In this document: positions 1-8,952 of the stretch, in pieces
How positions within the stretch are numbered: the first letter of the stretch is position 1
Layout: every line of letters begins with the position of its first letter
From: Candidatus Methylomirabilota bacterium
GTDB lineage: Bacteria > Methylomirabilota > Methylomirabilia > Rokubacteriales > DASRDR01
Direction: 5' to 3'
Length of the DNA: 47,917 nt
Assembly: GCA_035652475.1 (NCBI GenBank)
Contig: DASRDR010000288.1
Location: 1 to 47,917 of the forward strand
Made by a program: the position numbers and the translations under genes
The notes under the pieces: model-generated
Told to the model about the DNA's origin: nothing
Database searches by the model: none
The model's input: only the letters and a program-made list of their open reading frames with translations

Positions 1-264
1 GTCGAGGGCCGGGTCCAGGGCGTCGGGTACCGGAACTTCGCGCAGCGCCGTGCCCAGGAACGCCGGCTCACGGGGTACGCGGTCAATCTCGCCGACGGTC
101 GGGTGAAGATCCGGGCGGAGGGCACGCTGGGCGCGATTCAGGAGTTCGTGCGCGACCTGGAGCAGGGGCCGCCGCTCGCCCGCATCGACCGGGTGGAGGT
201 CTCCTCCGTGCCCTTCACGGGCAGCTACCGGGAGTTCGCGATCCGGTTCACGGATGGGCGCTGA
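1..264 (+). CDS. acyP: acylphosphatase (5' end outside window)
   Basis: Frame +1 from the window edge reads VEGRVQGVGYRNFAQRRAQERRLTGYAVNLADGRVKIRAEG...YREFAIRFTDGR*. This is the V-x-G-x-V-Q-G-V-x-[FY]-R acylphosphatase signature. Stop TGA at 262-264. Confidence 0.8.
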   Translation, partial: VEGRVQGVGYRNFAQRRAQERRLTGYAVNLADGRVKIRAEGTLGAIQEFVRDLEQGPPLARIDRVEVSSVPFTGSYREFAIRFTDGR

Positions 265-1088
265 GCCGCCGCGGGGCGCTCGCCCCGCCGCGCCGCCGGG
301 GCGAGGCACCGGGCGCCCCGCGGCGCTGGCCGCGCTGCTCGCCGGCGTGGTCGCGCTCGCGCCGGCGCTCGGGGCCGCCGGTCCGCGCGGCGCCGCCCGG
401 GACGCGCACCGGGGACGGCCCCGGGCCGCCCCCCGCGTCCCCGGGATCACCCACGTGGTCGCGCCCGGGGACACGCTGTGGGGGATCGCTCGGGAGCACG
501 GGGTGCCCCTTCCCGCGCTCCTCCGCGCCAACGGCCTGGCCCGGAACGCGCGGATCCGGGTCGGCCAGCGGCTCGCCATCCCCCTGACGGCGCTTCGGCC
601 GGGCAGCCAGGAGCCCCCGTCGCTCGCCGACATCGTGCTCGAGCCCCCGACGGCGGTCCCCGCGATCCGGCTGGTCCGCCCGGTGCCGGGGGCTCTGCTC
701 TCCCCGTTCGGGCCGCGCGGCGCCGCGTGGCACGGCGGGGTCGACCTCCAGGCCGACCGCGGGACCCCGATCCGCGTCGCGGCGGCCGGCACCGTGATCG
801 CGAGCGGCTGGGAGCGGGGATAACGGGCACGTCGTCAAGGTGTGGCACCGACACGATCTCGTCACGGTGTACGCGCATAACTTCGAGAATCTCGTGAAGG
901 TCGGGGCGTGGGTGGAGGCCGGCGAGGTGATCGCGACCGTGGGGAGCACCGGCCGGGCGACGGCGCCCCACCTCCATTTCGAGGTCCGCCTCGATGGACG
1001 GAAGTACGACCCGCTTCACTGGCTGCCGGCGGACGCGATCGCCCAGGCGGCCGTGGTGCCCCTCCGCGGCGCGGGCCCGATCCCGTGA
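254..1088 (+). pseudogene. NlpD-like LysM + M23 metallopeptidase, interrupted by a +1 frameshift near 821
   Basis: ORF 254-823 encodes a hydrophobic N-terminus, a LysM segment (HVVAPGDTLWGIAREHGVPLPALLRANGL) and the start of M23 (WHGGVDL). ORF 840-1088 in the next frame continues M23 (LVTVYAHN...[15 protein letters not shown]). Deleting one A at 821-822 (GGA TAA CGG to GGA TAC GGG) restores GWERGYGHVVKVWH, the canonical M23 core. Confidence 0.8.
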
Positions 1089-2110
1089 CCGAGAACGAGC
1101 GCCCCGCTCCAGCTCCGGACGAGGAGGCCACCGGGCGGGCCTCGCGTCCCCCGGAACCGGCCAGCGCCGGAGCGGGCGGCGGTTCCGCCGACGCGCTGGC
1201 GGACGACGACGCGGAAGAGGAGCCCGAGGAGGACGCGCCCGAGGCGATCGAGGCGGACGCCGGCGAGGATGCGGAGGAGGCCCCGAGCGGGCAGCCGCCG
1301 ATCGGGATCTACCTCCGGGAGATCTCGCACATCCCGCTCCTCACGCGGGAGGAGGAGCTCGAGCTCGCCAAGCGGGCGGCCGCCGGCGACCAGGCGGCGG
1401 CCCGGCGGATGGTCGAGGCGAACCTCCGGCTGGTCGTCATGATCGCCCGCCGCTACCGGAACCGCGGCCTGCCCCTCGCCGACCTGATCGCGGAGGGCAA
1501 CCTGGGGCTCATCCACGCAGTCGAGAAGTTCCGCTGGGACCGGGGCACGCGGTTCTCGACGTACGCCACGTGGTGGATCCGGCAGGCCATCGCGCGGGCG
1601 CTTGCGAACCAGGCGCGGCTGATCCGCCTCCCGGTCCACGTCGAGGCGCTTCTCGGCAAGTATCGCCGCGTCAAGGAGGCGCTGACGAACCGGCTGGGCC
1701 GCCCGCCCGACGTGGCGGAGGTCGCCGCCGAGCTCGGGGTCCCGGTCAAGGACGTGCAGGGCCTGGAGGAGATCGGCCGCGCACCGGTGTCGCTCGAGAC
1801 GCCCGTCGGCGAGGGGGAAGGGGTCCTCGCCGACCTGGTCGCCGACCAGATGGACCCGGGCGCCGCCGCGCTCGCCGCGATGCTGCGCGATCACGCCGAG
1901 CTGCGGGAGATCCTGGACACGCTCTCCCCGACCGAGCGGGCCATCGTGACCGATCGGTTCGGGCTGGCGAGCGCGACCCCGATGACGCTGGCCGCGATCG
2001 GCCGCCGGATGGGAGTCACCCGGGAGCGGGTGCGGCAGATCGAGGCGGGCGCGCTCCGGAAGCTCCGCGCGCTGCTCGAGGCGCGGGGCATCGACTGGCC
2101 GGGGCCGTGA
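1085..2110 (+). CDS. rpoS: sigma-70 family sigma factor, RpoS-like (group 2)
   Basis: Regions 2-4 are recognisable: [81 protein letters not shown]. The GTG at 1085 overlaps the peptidase stop (GTGA). The position directly after an NlpD-like gene mirrors nlpD-rpoS synteny. The symbol is tentative. Confidence 0.85.
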   Translation: MTENERPAPAPDEEATGRASRPPEPASAGAGGGSADALADDDAEEEPEEDAPEAIEADAGEDAEEAPSGQPPIGIYLREISHIPLLTREEELELAKRAAAGDQAAARRMVEANLRLVVMIARRYRNRGLPLADLIAEGNLGLIHAVEKFRWDRGTRFSTYATWWIRQAIARALANQARLIRLPVHVEALLGKYRRVKEALTNRLGRPPDVAEVAAELGVPVKDVQGLEEIGRAPVSLETPVGEGEGVLADLVADQMDPGAAALAAMLRDHAELREILDTLSPTERAIVTDRFGLASATPMTLAAIGRRMGVTRERVRQIEAGALRKLRALLEARGIDWPGP

Positions 2111-2254
2111 CGGCCGCGGTCCCGCGGCCCGTCGGCGGCCCCCGGCGGTGCCCGGGATCCCCTCCCTCGCGGGGCCTCACCCCCCGCGCAGCCCCCTCCG
2201 ATGGGCACCCGCGGCCGGGTGCTACAATCTCAGGGGTCCTGCGCCGTCCTGCGT

Positions 2255-2331
2255 GCCCCCGTAGCTCAGTCGGATAGAGCAAGGGTTTCCTAAACCCTGG
2301 GCCGGGTGTTCGATTCACCCCGGGGGCACCA
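2255..2331 (+). tRNA. tRNA-Arg (anticodon CCT)
   Basis: A 77-nt cloverleaf folded by hand: acceptor GCCCCCG/CGGGGGC, D arm GCTC-AGTCGGATA-GAGC, anticodon arm AGGGT-TTCCTAA-ACCCT, variable GGGCC, T arm GGGTG-TTCGATT-CACCC, discriminator A and an encoded CCA. Confidence 0.9.
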
Positions 2332-2413
2332 CCGACTGCGAGCCGTCGTCCACGACGGCGGAGAAGAGGCCGTCCGGGGCGAGAGCAGCCGTGATCTCGT
2401 CCCCAGCGGCTCC

Positions 2414-2423
2414 GGGGGGGGGG
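2414..2423. repeat. G10 homopolymer (C10 on the minus strand) inside a broken small ORF
   Basis: Ten consecutive G read directly at 2414-2423. On the minus strand two high-GC3 frames meet here: VERWRERLAENLERGPPGALPALAGAVTVPPP and GAAGDEITAALAPDGLFSAVVDDGSQS. Confidence 0.9.
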
Positions 2424-2587
2424 AACCGTGACCGCCCCGGCAAGAGCTGGGAGAGCGCCTGGCGGCCCCCGTTCGAGGTTCTCCGCCAGACGCTCCCGCC
2501 AGCGCTCCACACGCGCGGCTCACCGGAATCTCGACGCTCGTCCGACCGCGGTCCCCTCGGCCCGTCGTTCCGTCCGGCGCTCAGTCA

Positions 2588-2740
2588 TCACGCCGCCCGC
2601 TTCAGGATCTCCTGCCCGCACGTCGGGCATGCGTACCGCGTGATCTTTCGGCCCCCGTCGTGTCGACGGGCGCCGGCGCGCGGCATGGGCTTTCCCTTGT
2701 CGGGGCATTTCGAGGTGGGACACGTCGGTTGTTCTGTCAT
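2588..2740 (-). CDS. small zinc-ribbon protein (hypothetical, 50 aa)
   Basis: MTEQPTCPTSKCPDKGKPMPRAGARRHDGGRKITRYACPTCGQEILKRAA has two Cys pairs (CxxxxC ... CxxC) and good third-position GC. No family recognised. Confidence 0.45.
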   Translation of the reverse strand: MTEQPTCPTSKCPDKGKPMPRAGARRHDGGRKITRYACPTCGQEILKRAA

Positions 2741-2977
2741 GGCAACCCCCCGCTGTGGCACGGCTTCATGCCGGATCGGCGTTCGCGCACGCACGGTCGA
2801 AAGCGGTCATCCCTCCTCGCCCATCGGATCGGCGCAGTGCCAAGCCGAAGCCGGCTCGCGGTACCGTGCCCATCAGGACCGGGCGGCGTCGCGCGCCTCC
2901 CGCAGTGATTTCGTGATCCGCACCGTCGTCCTCGCAATCGAGCCTCGGACGCTCCCGGTCCCTCGAGGCCCCTCGGA

Positions 2978-3014
2978 TTGACATCGTACTACTGTACTAG
3001 TATATTCGTACAGC
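2978..3014 (+). promoter_or_regulatory. sigma-70-type promoter with 22-bp inverted-repeat operator (copy 1), leaderless arrangement
   Basis: TTGACA (2978-2983), 17-nt spacer, TATATT (3001-3006), then ATG at 3015, only 8 nt after the -10. The operator CTGTAC-N10-GTACAG (2992-3013) ends 1 nt before the ATG. It is a paralogue of the element at 5658-5697. Confidence 0.6.
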
Positions 3015-3317
3015 ATGACGATCTCACCGGATCTTCGGGTGGATGCCGGCTGGCCGATCCCGTCTCGCCGGCCAGCGGCAGCGCTCCGCACGGACCACGT
3101 CGAGCGGGCCGGTCTCCCCTGGGGTCCGGCGCGGCCGCGGGCGGGCGGCGGCGTCACGGCGAACGCGGCGGCGCGGGCGATCGAGGATCTTTGGGGGAGC
3201 GGGTACCGGCCGCTGCATTCGACGCTTGACCGCGCCGGAGTCCTCGTCGGATCCGGCGGGCGCGGGCGTCCCTCCCGGCGCGACCCGTCGTCGCGGCCGT
3301 CGCGGCGGCAGGCCTGA
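3015..3317 (+). CDS. degenerate GntR-like winged-helix paralogue (100 aa)
   Basis: MTISPDLRVDAGWPIP...GLPWGPARPRAGGGVTANAAARAIEDLWGSG aligns by eye to the N-terminus of the GntR gene at 5698 (MTTIPRGLRIDGHSPIP...PLPSIRELAGFLGINPNTVARAIEDLKQSG). The HTH residues are eroded, so it may be a remnant. Confidence 0.4.
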   Translation: MTISPDLRVDAGWPIPSRRPAAALRTDHVERAGLPWGPARPRAGGGVTANAAARAIEDLWGSGYRPLHSTLDRAGVLVGSGGRGRPSRRDPSSRPSRRQA

Positions 3318-3595
3318 TCGTCGCCCAGCGGAAGATCTGGCCCATCATCCGCAGTGGCAGCGCGGCCTGACCTGTCAGGCGTGCGGCTGAAGGCGGTCGT
3401 CGGTCGGCCGTTGAGTGACCTGCCAGTCGGATCCCCCACGAGCGGAGGAGGGAGGACAACGGGACTCCGACGGCGACTCATGCGGCGCGCCGGGGGCATC
3501 GGCCAGCGTCACGGACGGCATGGTGATGGAGCAACGCGCGAAGACCGCAGGCGCGGAGGCCAGCCCTGCGAGAGGATCGCACGAGAGGGTCGGCG

Positions 3596-3859
3596 ATGAA
3601 GTGGCGGATGCACTTCTACAACGAGCGGCGGGGCATCCTGGCGTCCTACGACATCGACGCTCCGCTGCCGGCGGAGGCTGTACAACTCGGCTGGAAGGCC
3701 GTGCTCGCGGAACATCCGTCGACTCCGCGAAGAAGCCCGCTGACCCTGTTCGAGCGGGCTCAGCGCATTGGCGGTCAGGACGCGAGCGGGTGGGTCCTCC
3801 ATCGGCTCGCGAGGGACAACGCGCACGACTCCCACGTCGCAGAGGCGCACGCGGCATAG
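3596..3859 (+). CDS. hypothetical protein (87 aa)
   Basis: The composition is not Arg/Pro/Gly-dominated (MKWRMHFYNERRGILASYDIDAPLPAEAVQLGWKAVLAEH...). GC3 is high and a GAGAGGG sits 6 nt before the ATG. Confidence 0.5.
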   Translation: MKWRMHFYNERRGILASYDIDAPLPAEAVQLGWKAVLAEHPSTPRRSPLTLFERAQRIGGQDASGWVLHRLARDNAHDSHVAEAHAA

Positions 3860-4202
3860 CTCCCATGCATTGAAGCGAAGGCGCGGGTGCGCGCGGGTGG
3901 TCTTCCCGCAAGTATCCGCATCGCGCGATCCTTCATCCACTTCCCGGCTCGACCAGAGGGCCCCGTCGTCGCGGCCTGACCGTCGAAACCGCTCGTCATT
4001 CTGGCGTTGTGATCGGAAAGGATGAGCGAGGCGTCGGCCTCGGTCGACGTCGCCGGCGGGGTGGTCGGCTCATCTGGGGCGCGGGCGGCGCGTCCAGGCC
4101 GGGGCGACGGCCCCGCCGGCGTCGCCCTGAGTCAGCGGAGGCATGAACGGACAACGTGCCAGCTGGCGCTTCGTGGCGGAGACGCTGCCGCTTTGAACAT
4201 CG

Positions 4203-4562
4203 TCAGGGCGACGAACGATCCACGTCTCGCGCCTTCTCCCGGGCCTCATCGAGCCGACGTTGCGCGGCGGCGAGCCGGGTGTCCGCGGCGTTCAGCCTCT
4301 CGAGGGCCGCATCCAGGGCGGCTTCGGCCGCATCGAAGTTCGCCCGAATCGGCGCCAGCACCGGCTCCAGCTCCCCGGCCTTCGCCCGACGGACCAGCGT
4401 CTCCCGGCCTCGTGTGATCGCCGCCCGCGCTCGCGCGACGCTGGCGCGACCCCTGGCGAGGTCCTCTCGGGCGCTTGCCTGCCGTGCTTCGGCGAGCTTC
4501 AACTCCTTCGTGGTGTACTGGGACGGGAGTGACCGCGAGCTCGAGCCCTTGGGTATGCGCAT
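4203..4562 (-). CDS. coiled-coil hypothetical protein (119 aa)
   Basis: Strong RBS (GAGGAGGAG, 6 nt before the ATG). The sequence is heptad-like and Ala/Arg/Glu/Leu-rich (ELKLAEARQASAREDLARGRASVARARAAI...LDAALERLNAADTRLAAAQRRLDEAREKA). Confidence 0.6.
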   Translation of the reverse strand: MRIPKGSSSRSLPSQYTTKELKLAEARQASAREDLARGRASVARARAAITRGRETLVRRAKAGELEPVLAPIRANFDAAEAALDAALERLNAADTRLAAAQRRLDEAREKARDVDRSSP

Positions 4563-4617
4563 GCCTGCTCCTCCTCACGGGTCCGGCAGCACCGGCCGTG
4601 CGTGGGGACGTCGTTCG

Positions 4618-4776
4618 TCAGCGTCGCCCGCGGGGCAGCATGACCCACTGGCGCGTCTTGTCATCGAACCGCCACACATCGCCGGACTCATCGAGGGCGT
4701 AGAGGAGGATCTCGCCACCGTGAACCGCCGAGGCGATCTGCACAAACTTGGCAACGCTCGCTCCCTTGTCGCTCAT
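4618..4776 (-). CDS. small hypothetical protein (52 aa)
   Basis: MSDKGASVAKFVQIASAVHGGEILLYALDESGDVWRFDDKTRQWVMLPRGRR, with GGAG 4-5 nt before the ATG. It lies 55 nt upstream of the coiled-coil gene on the same strand. Confidence 0.5.
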   Translation of the reverse strand: MSDKGASVAKFVQIASAVHGGEILLYALDESGDVWRFDDKTRQWVMLPRGRR

Positions 4777-5657
4777 TTCGCTCCACTCCGGCAGTGGCGT
4801 CACGGGCACGCCGAGCCGTCCGTCGCCCACCGTCTCGCGTCAGCAACCCCACGATGATGCCGGTCGGGAAGATCCCGTCGAAGGCGCCAGCTCCCCATGG
4901 AGACGATCGGTGCGCGGAGCGCCGCGGTGCTCGTGACGTCGACCAGGTCCGCGCCGATCGGCGCGCGCACCGACACCTGGGCCACCGGCGGGGCCCGGCG
5001 GAACCCGCGGGCGATGGCCACCGCGGCAGCCACGAGGGGAGGAATGGACGTGGGCCCGGCGATTCCCATCCCCCCGGATGACCCGGGCCAGGCGGTTGCC
5101 GGCCAGAGCGCCGACCACGGCCGCGTCGATCAGCATCGGGGCGGACGGGCGAGTCCGGATCGGCCGACACGCGCAGATCGACGAGCACGATGATGCCGAG
5201 GGGCGGGGCGGAGGAAGACCAGCAGGGGCAAACCGATGGCCGGATTGACCACGCGGCCGATTATACGGCTCCCGGCCCCGGATCGGGCCTCGGTGGACGG
5301 CACACCCGGCGGGACCCCGACGGCCGGCGTGGGTGAACGGCCGGCACCGGCCTCGCCCGACGGGCCGGGCAAACGCGGGAGGCCCAGCGCGGGATGTCGC
5401 GATGCCCGGTCAGGCGGCACGAGGCCACCGCGCAGTCGTCGTGCTCGGCCGGCGCCTGGGGTGATCGCGGACGGCGGCGGTGCAAACGGAGCGCGGGGAG
5501 GCGCTCCAGGGCTGGCGAGCTCGTGGTCGTGCGGAGGATCGCGCCTGGCCGCGGGCGCCGCGCGATCGGGGTTCGGCGCCGCCGGCACCCGCCCCTCCCG
5601 TGAGCCCGGGAGGGCCCGACGGGCGGCCCGGGGCGCCGCGCGCTCGGGGCCGACGGC

Positions 5658-5697
5658 TTGACGGAAGCGGACAACTGTACTACCGTACGAGTACAGC
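5658..5697 (+). promoter_or_regulatory. sigma-70-type promoter with 22-bp inverted-repeat operator (copy 2) of the GntR gene
   Basis: TTGACG (5658-5663), 17-nt spacer, TACCGT (5681-5686), then ATG at 5698. The operator CTGTACT-N8-AGTACAG (5675-5696) ends 1 nt before the ATG, exactly as in copy 1. Confidence 0.6.
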
Positions 5698-6792
5698 ATG
5701 ACGACCATCCCGAGGGGCCTCCGCATCGACGGGCACAGTCCGATCCCGATCCGCCGGCAGCTGACGGAGCAGCTCAAGCACGTCATCGAGGCAGGGGGGG
5801 TTCCCCGGGACCAGCCGCTGCCCAGCATCAGGGAGCTGGCGGGGTTCCTCGGCATCAATCCGAACACGGTCGCGCGCGCCATCGAGGATCTCAAGCAGAG
5901 CGGGCACGTGGAAGTGCGCCGGGGCACGGGAGTGTTCGTGGCGCCCGCGCCCCCGGCCCGCCCCTCTGTCCTTCTCCGCGAAGCGTTCCTGAAGGAGACG
6001 GCGATCCGCGCCGCCGCCCTCGGAATGACTCCGGACGAGGTGGCGGTCGGCGTCCTGAGCGTCGCCCGGGTCCGCCTCGCCGACGTCGGAGAGGTCATCG
6101 AGGTCCTCCTGGTCGAGTGCAGTCCCGCGGAGCTCGACTTCTTCGCCCGGGAACTCGAGGCTCAGCTCCCGGTCCGCCCGGACAAGGTGCTCCTCGGCGA
6201 CTTGGCGGCCACCATCCGGCGGAGGGCGCGGACCAGTCGGTGGGCCGCCGCGGTGACCAGTTTCGAGCACCTCCCGGACGTGGAGCGGCTGCTGGACGGC
6301 CGGGACGTGCCGGTCATCGCGCTGCTCGCCGAGGCGCAGCTGGAAACGCTGCACCGGCTGGCTCAGCTTCCGTCGGGGACACGGGTCGGCGTGGTCTCCA
6401 CCGAATCGGAGACCGCGCACACCCTGGCGCACTCGATCGCCAATGCCGCGCTCCCCAATCTCGCGCGGGTCGACGTCAGCCCCGCCGAGGGCGCCGCGCT
6501 GGGTCGCCTGGCCCGGCGCGTGGATGTCATCGTCTGTTCGACCTCGGCCGTCGAGCGGGTCCGGAAGGTCGTGGGCCCGGCCAAGCCGATGATCGTCGAT
6601 GACCGAGCCCTCAACCAGCGCGCGATCCAGATGTTGGGGGCGGTCCTCGCGCAGCACGAGGGTGATCGTCCCGGTACCCAGTCGGCCCCGACCCGGAGAC
6701 GACCCGATGCGCGTGGCGTCTCCCCGTCGGGGGATCGAGGGCGAAGCGGGGCCGGTGCCCCGAGAGCCCATGCCATGAAGGGAGCGACATGA
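5698..6792 (+). CDS. GntR-family transcriptional regulator with a long C-terminal domain
   Basis: The N-terminal wHTH (PIRRQLTEQLKHVIEAGGVPRDQPLPSIRELAGFLGINPNTVARAIEDLKQSGHVEVRRGTGVFV) is typical GntR. I did not recognise the roughly 270-aa C-terminal domain. The stop overlaps the next start (ATGA). Confidence 0.85.
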   Translation: MTTIPRGLRIDGHSPIPIRRQLTEQLKHVIEAGGVPRDQPLPSIRELAGFLGINPNTVARAIEDLKQSGHVEVRRGTGVFVAPAPPARPSVLLREAFLKETAIRAAALGMTPDEVAVGVLSVARVRLADVGEVIEVLLVECSPAELDFFARELEAQLPVRPDKVLLGDLAATIRRRARTSRWAAAVTSFEHLPDVERLLDGRDVPVIALLAEAQLETLHRLAQLPSGTRVGVVSTESETAHTLAHSIANAALPNLARVDVSPAEGAALGRLARRVDVIVCSTSAVERVRKVVGPAKPMIVDDRALNQRAIQMLGAVLAQHEGDRPGTQSAPTRRRPDARGVSPSGDRGRSGAGAPRAHAMKGAT

Positions 6793-7121
6793 ACATTGTG
6801 ATCTGGATCGTGGTTGCCCTCGTCGCTGGAGTGCTGGCCGGGTCGATGATGAGTCGGGGGGGTTACGGGCGGGCGTGGGACGTGGCCCTCGGGCTCACCG
6901 GGAGCATCGTGGTGAGCTGGCTGTTCGAGCTTGTCCGGTGGGATTCTCCGGAGCCGGGCTTGCTCGCGGTGGCGATCGTGGCGTCCCTGGGCGCGGGGAG
7001 CCTGATCGCCGCACAGCGCACCATCTTCCCCGCCCGCGGGTGGACGCCGCACATGGACCCCTCCTGGCGGGCGGATCCAGAGCGGCTTGGCGAACGTCAC
7101 GATCGTGAACGGAGGAGCTGA
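6789..7121 (+). CDS. GlsB/YeaQ/YmgE-family stress-response membrane protein
   Basis: MNIVIWIVVALVAGVLAGSMMSRGGYGRAWDVALGLTGSIVVSWLF...AVAIVASLGAGSLIAA shows the Gly-rich helices typical of the transglycosylase-associated family. AAGGGAG RBS. Confidence 0.75.
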   Translation: MNIVIWIVVALVAGVLAGSMMSRGGYGRAWDVALGLTGSIVVSWLFELVRWDSPEPGLLAVAIVASLGAGSLIAAQRTIFPARGWTPHMDPSWRADPERLGERHDRERRS

Positions 7122-7124
7122 CAC

Positions 7125-7517
7125 GTGGGAACGAATTGGCACGAGCTCAGCGTCGGGCAGCGGTGGAGTCAGTCGCGACCAACGAAGACGGTCCTGTTCT
7201 GGTCCTGCGTGGCATCGGCGGTCGCCACCATGATCATCGGCTTCAGCTGGGGCGGCTGGGTCACGGGCGGCACGGCCCGGCAGATGGCGGCGGTGATGGC
7301 CGAGGACGCCGTTGTCAAGCGCCTCGCGCCGATCTGCGTCCTGCAGGCCGCACGGGACCCTGCGAAGCCTGGCAAACTGGTCGCGCTGAAGGGGGAAAGC
7401 TCCTGGCAGCAGGCGGAGTACGTCAGCACCCAGGGCTGGGCGACGATGCCCGGGGAGCGGGAGCCCGATCGCAAGGTGGCCGAGGCCTGCGCGGCGCTGC
7501 TGCTGCCGACCAGCTAG
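7125..7517 (+). CDS. hypothetical single-pass membrane protein (130 aa)
   Basis: GTG start with GGAGGAG about 8 nt upstream. One hydrophobic helix (VLFWSCVASAVATMIIGFSWGGWV). The composition is plausible. Confidence 0.6.
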   Translation: MGTNWHELSVGQRWSQSRPTKTVLFWSCVASAVATMIIGFSWGGWVTGGTARQMAAVMAEDAVVKRLAPICVLQAARDPAKPGKLVALKGESSWQQAEYVSTQGWATMPGEREPDRKVAEACAALLLPTS

Positions 7518-7648
7518 GGCCGGCCGCGCCGATGCGGGAGCTGGGGTCGTCCTGGGACCAGCTCCCGCCTGCTCGAGCGGGATCTCCGGCTCTCGGGAAT
7601 CCCGCCATGACGTCGGAGGGTGTCTGCTTCACGCAGAACAGGAGCATC

Positions 7649-7966
7649 ATGCGAGCGATGATGGGGTTCAAGGCCCTCCGCGAACACTGCCGCGTCACGT
7701 GGATCGAACGCGAGCGCGGCTGGATCGGAATGCCCGAGGACGTCGTGACGGTGCTTGCGAACGAGGGCTTCACCGAATGCAAGCGAGAGACGACGACCAG
7801 CCGGCGCGATCGGCAGCCGGCCGGCGGGGTCTGGCAGGGCGTGGATGCCCGCACAGGATCTGTCGCATCGGCGGTCTGGATCAGCCATGCAGCATGGCCG
7901 CGCGCGCTCGTGTTCCTGGAGGTCGATGGAGAGGCGGTGACGGGCAGCGCATTGGGAGCCCCGTGA
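7649..7966 (+). CDS. hypothetical protein (105 aa)
   Basis: The ATG at 7649 is preceded by AGGAG with a 5-nt spacing. MRAMMGFKALREHCRVTWIERERGWIGMPEDVVTVLANEGFTECK...; no family recognised. Confidence 0.5.
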   Translation: MRAMMGFKALREHCRVTWIERERGWIGMPEDVVTVLANEGFTECKRETTTSRRDRQPAGGVWQGVDARTGSVASAVWISHAAWPRALVFLEVDGEAVTGSALGAP

Positions 7967-8115
7967 GAAGCCTACCCGGCACGCGGGACGCGGTCCCGCC
8001 CTCGGGGTGATTCGGCTCATGCCGGGCGAGGCCCGGGCCGACCCGCGCGCCCGGCCAGGCCCGCGGCAGAGACCAGGCGCGCGAGCGGGTCGTGGCGCTG
8101 CGGGTCCCGTAAGGG

Positions 8116-8484
8116 GTGACAACTGACATGAACGAGATCGTGCGGACCGGTCCTCCCGTGCCGATCGCGGTGCGAGGCGCGGAGTACGACCTGAGCGTCA
8201 CGCTCAACGCGACGCCGTCACCGGCGTGGCGACGGATGTTCGAGGCGCCCGCGGAGTGGAAGGAACCGTGTCACCCGAGTCGGATCACGGTGAAGCAGCG
8301 GATGCTGATCTTCACGAGCGAGGAAGCCCGGGTCCGGCTGTGGATCGAGCAGATCGATCAGTGGATGGCGGCGGCCAATCAGAAGTGCGCGGACCTCGCC
8401 CGATCCACCCAGGCGTCGGAGGGCGCTGGTGGCGACGACGAGCGGCGGCTCCAGGAGGTCACGGACCGGCTGAAGGACCTCTGA
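8116..8484 (+). CDS. hypothetical protein (start 8116 GTG or 8128 ATG)
   Basis: MNEIVRTGPPVPIAVRGAEYDLSVTLNATPSPAWRRMFEAPAEWKEPCHPSRITVKQRMLIFTSEEARVRLWIEQIDQWMAAANQK... has balanced composition and high GC3. Confidence 0.6.
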   Translation: MTTDMNEIVRTGPPVPIAVRGAEYDLSVTLNATPSPAWRRMFEAPAEWKEPCHPSRITVKQRMLIFTSEEARVRLWIEQIDQWMAAANQKCADLARSTQASEGAGGDDERRLQEVTDRLKDL

Positions 8485-8952
8485 CGCTCGCGGCGCCGGG
8501 GATGGCGCGCCCACGGGGATTCACAGGCGCGGAGCATCCGCCACCCCGGTCGCCGTTCCGGCCGGACGGAACACGATGTCGGCCATCCGGCGCGCCTCGC
8601 GCGTCGCCTGCCCGATAGCCAGGCTCGGCTGGTCCCCGGACCGCCCGCTGGGGTAGCGGGTGGGGAACCGCTGCTCCTCCTCGGGGCTCGTCGCGGCGAA
8701 GGCGGTGTGACAGGCGTCCCGGGGGCCTCGACGACCTCGAGGTCTACCTCGGATCGAACCTGCTCGTCCCGGCCACCCTGGGCGGACCGGGAAGGCGCCG
8801 GGGCGCTCGCGAATCGTTCGTCCGTGCTCTCACGGGCGACTGCCACGCGGCTCCCGGCGGGAAGGCAAGCGGACCTCCTGATGCCGGGCCACGCGTTGTC
8901 GCGCGCGACCGGCGCCTCCGGGCAGCCCCGTGACGCCCGTGGCCGGCCAAGG

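Noticed and set aside
2113-2130. GGCCGCGG-TC-CCGCGGCC palindrome after the sigma-factor gene as an intrinsic terminator
   Set aside because: The loop is too short and no T tract follows. GC-rich palindromes of this size are expected by chance in this composition.
2332-5650. tRNA-adjacent region as a prophage or integrative element
   Set aside because: There are no integrase, excisionase, transposase or phage structural genes, and I found no repeat of the tRNA 3' end by eye. I kept it only as a low-key observation.
7137-7152. TGGCACgagctCAGCG with correct GG-N10-GC spacing
   Set aside because: It lies within the first codons of the 7125-7517 CDS (N-W-H-E-L-S), has no TT in the -12 box, and has no downstream gene to serve.
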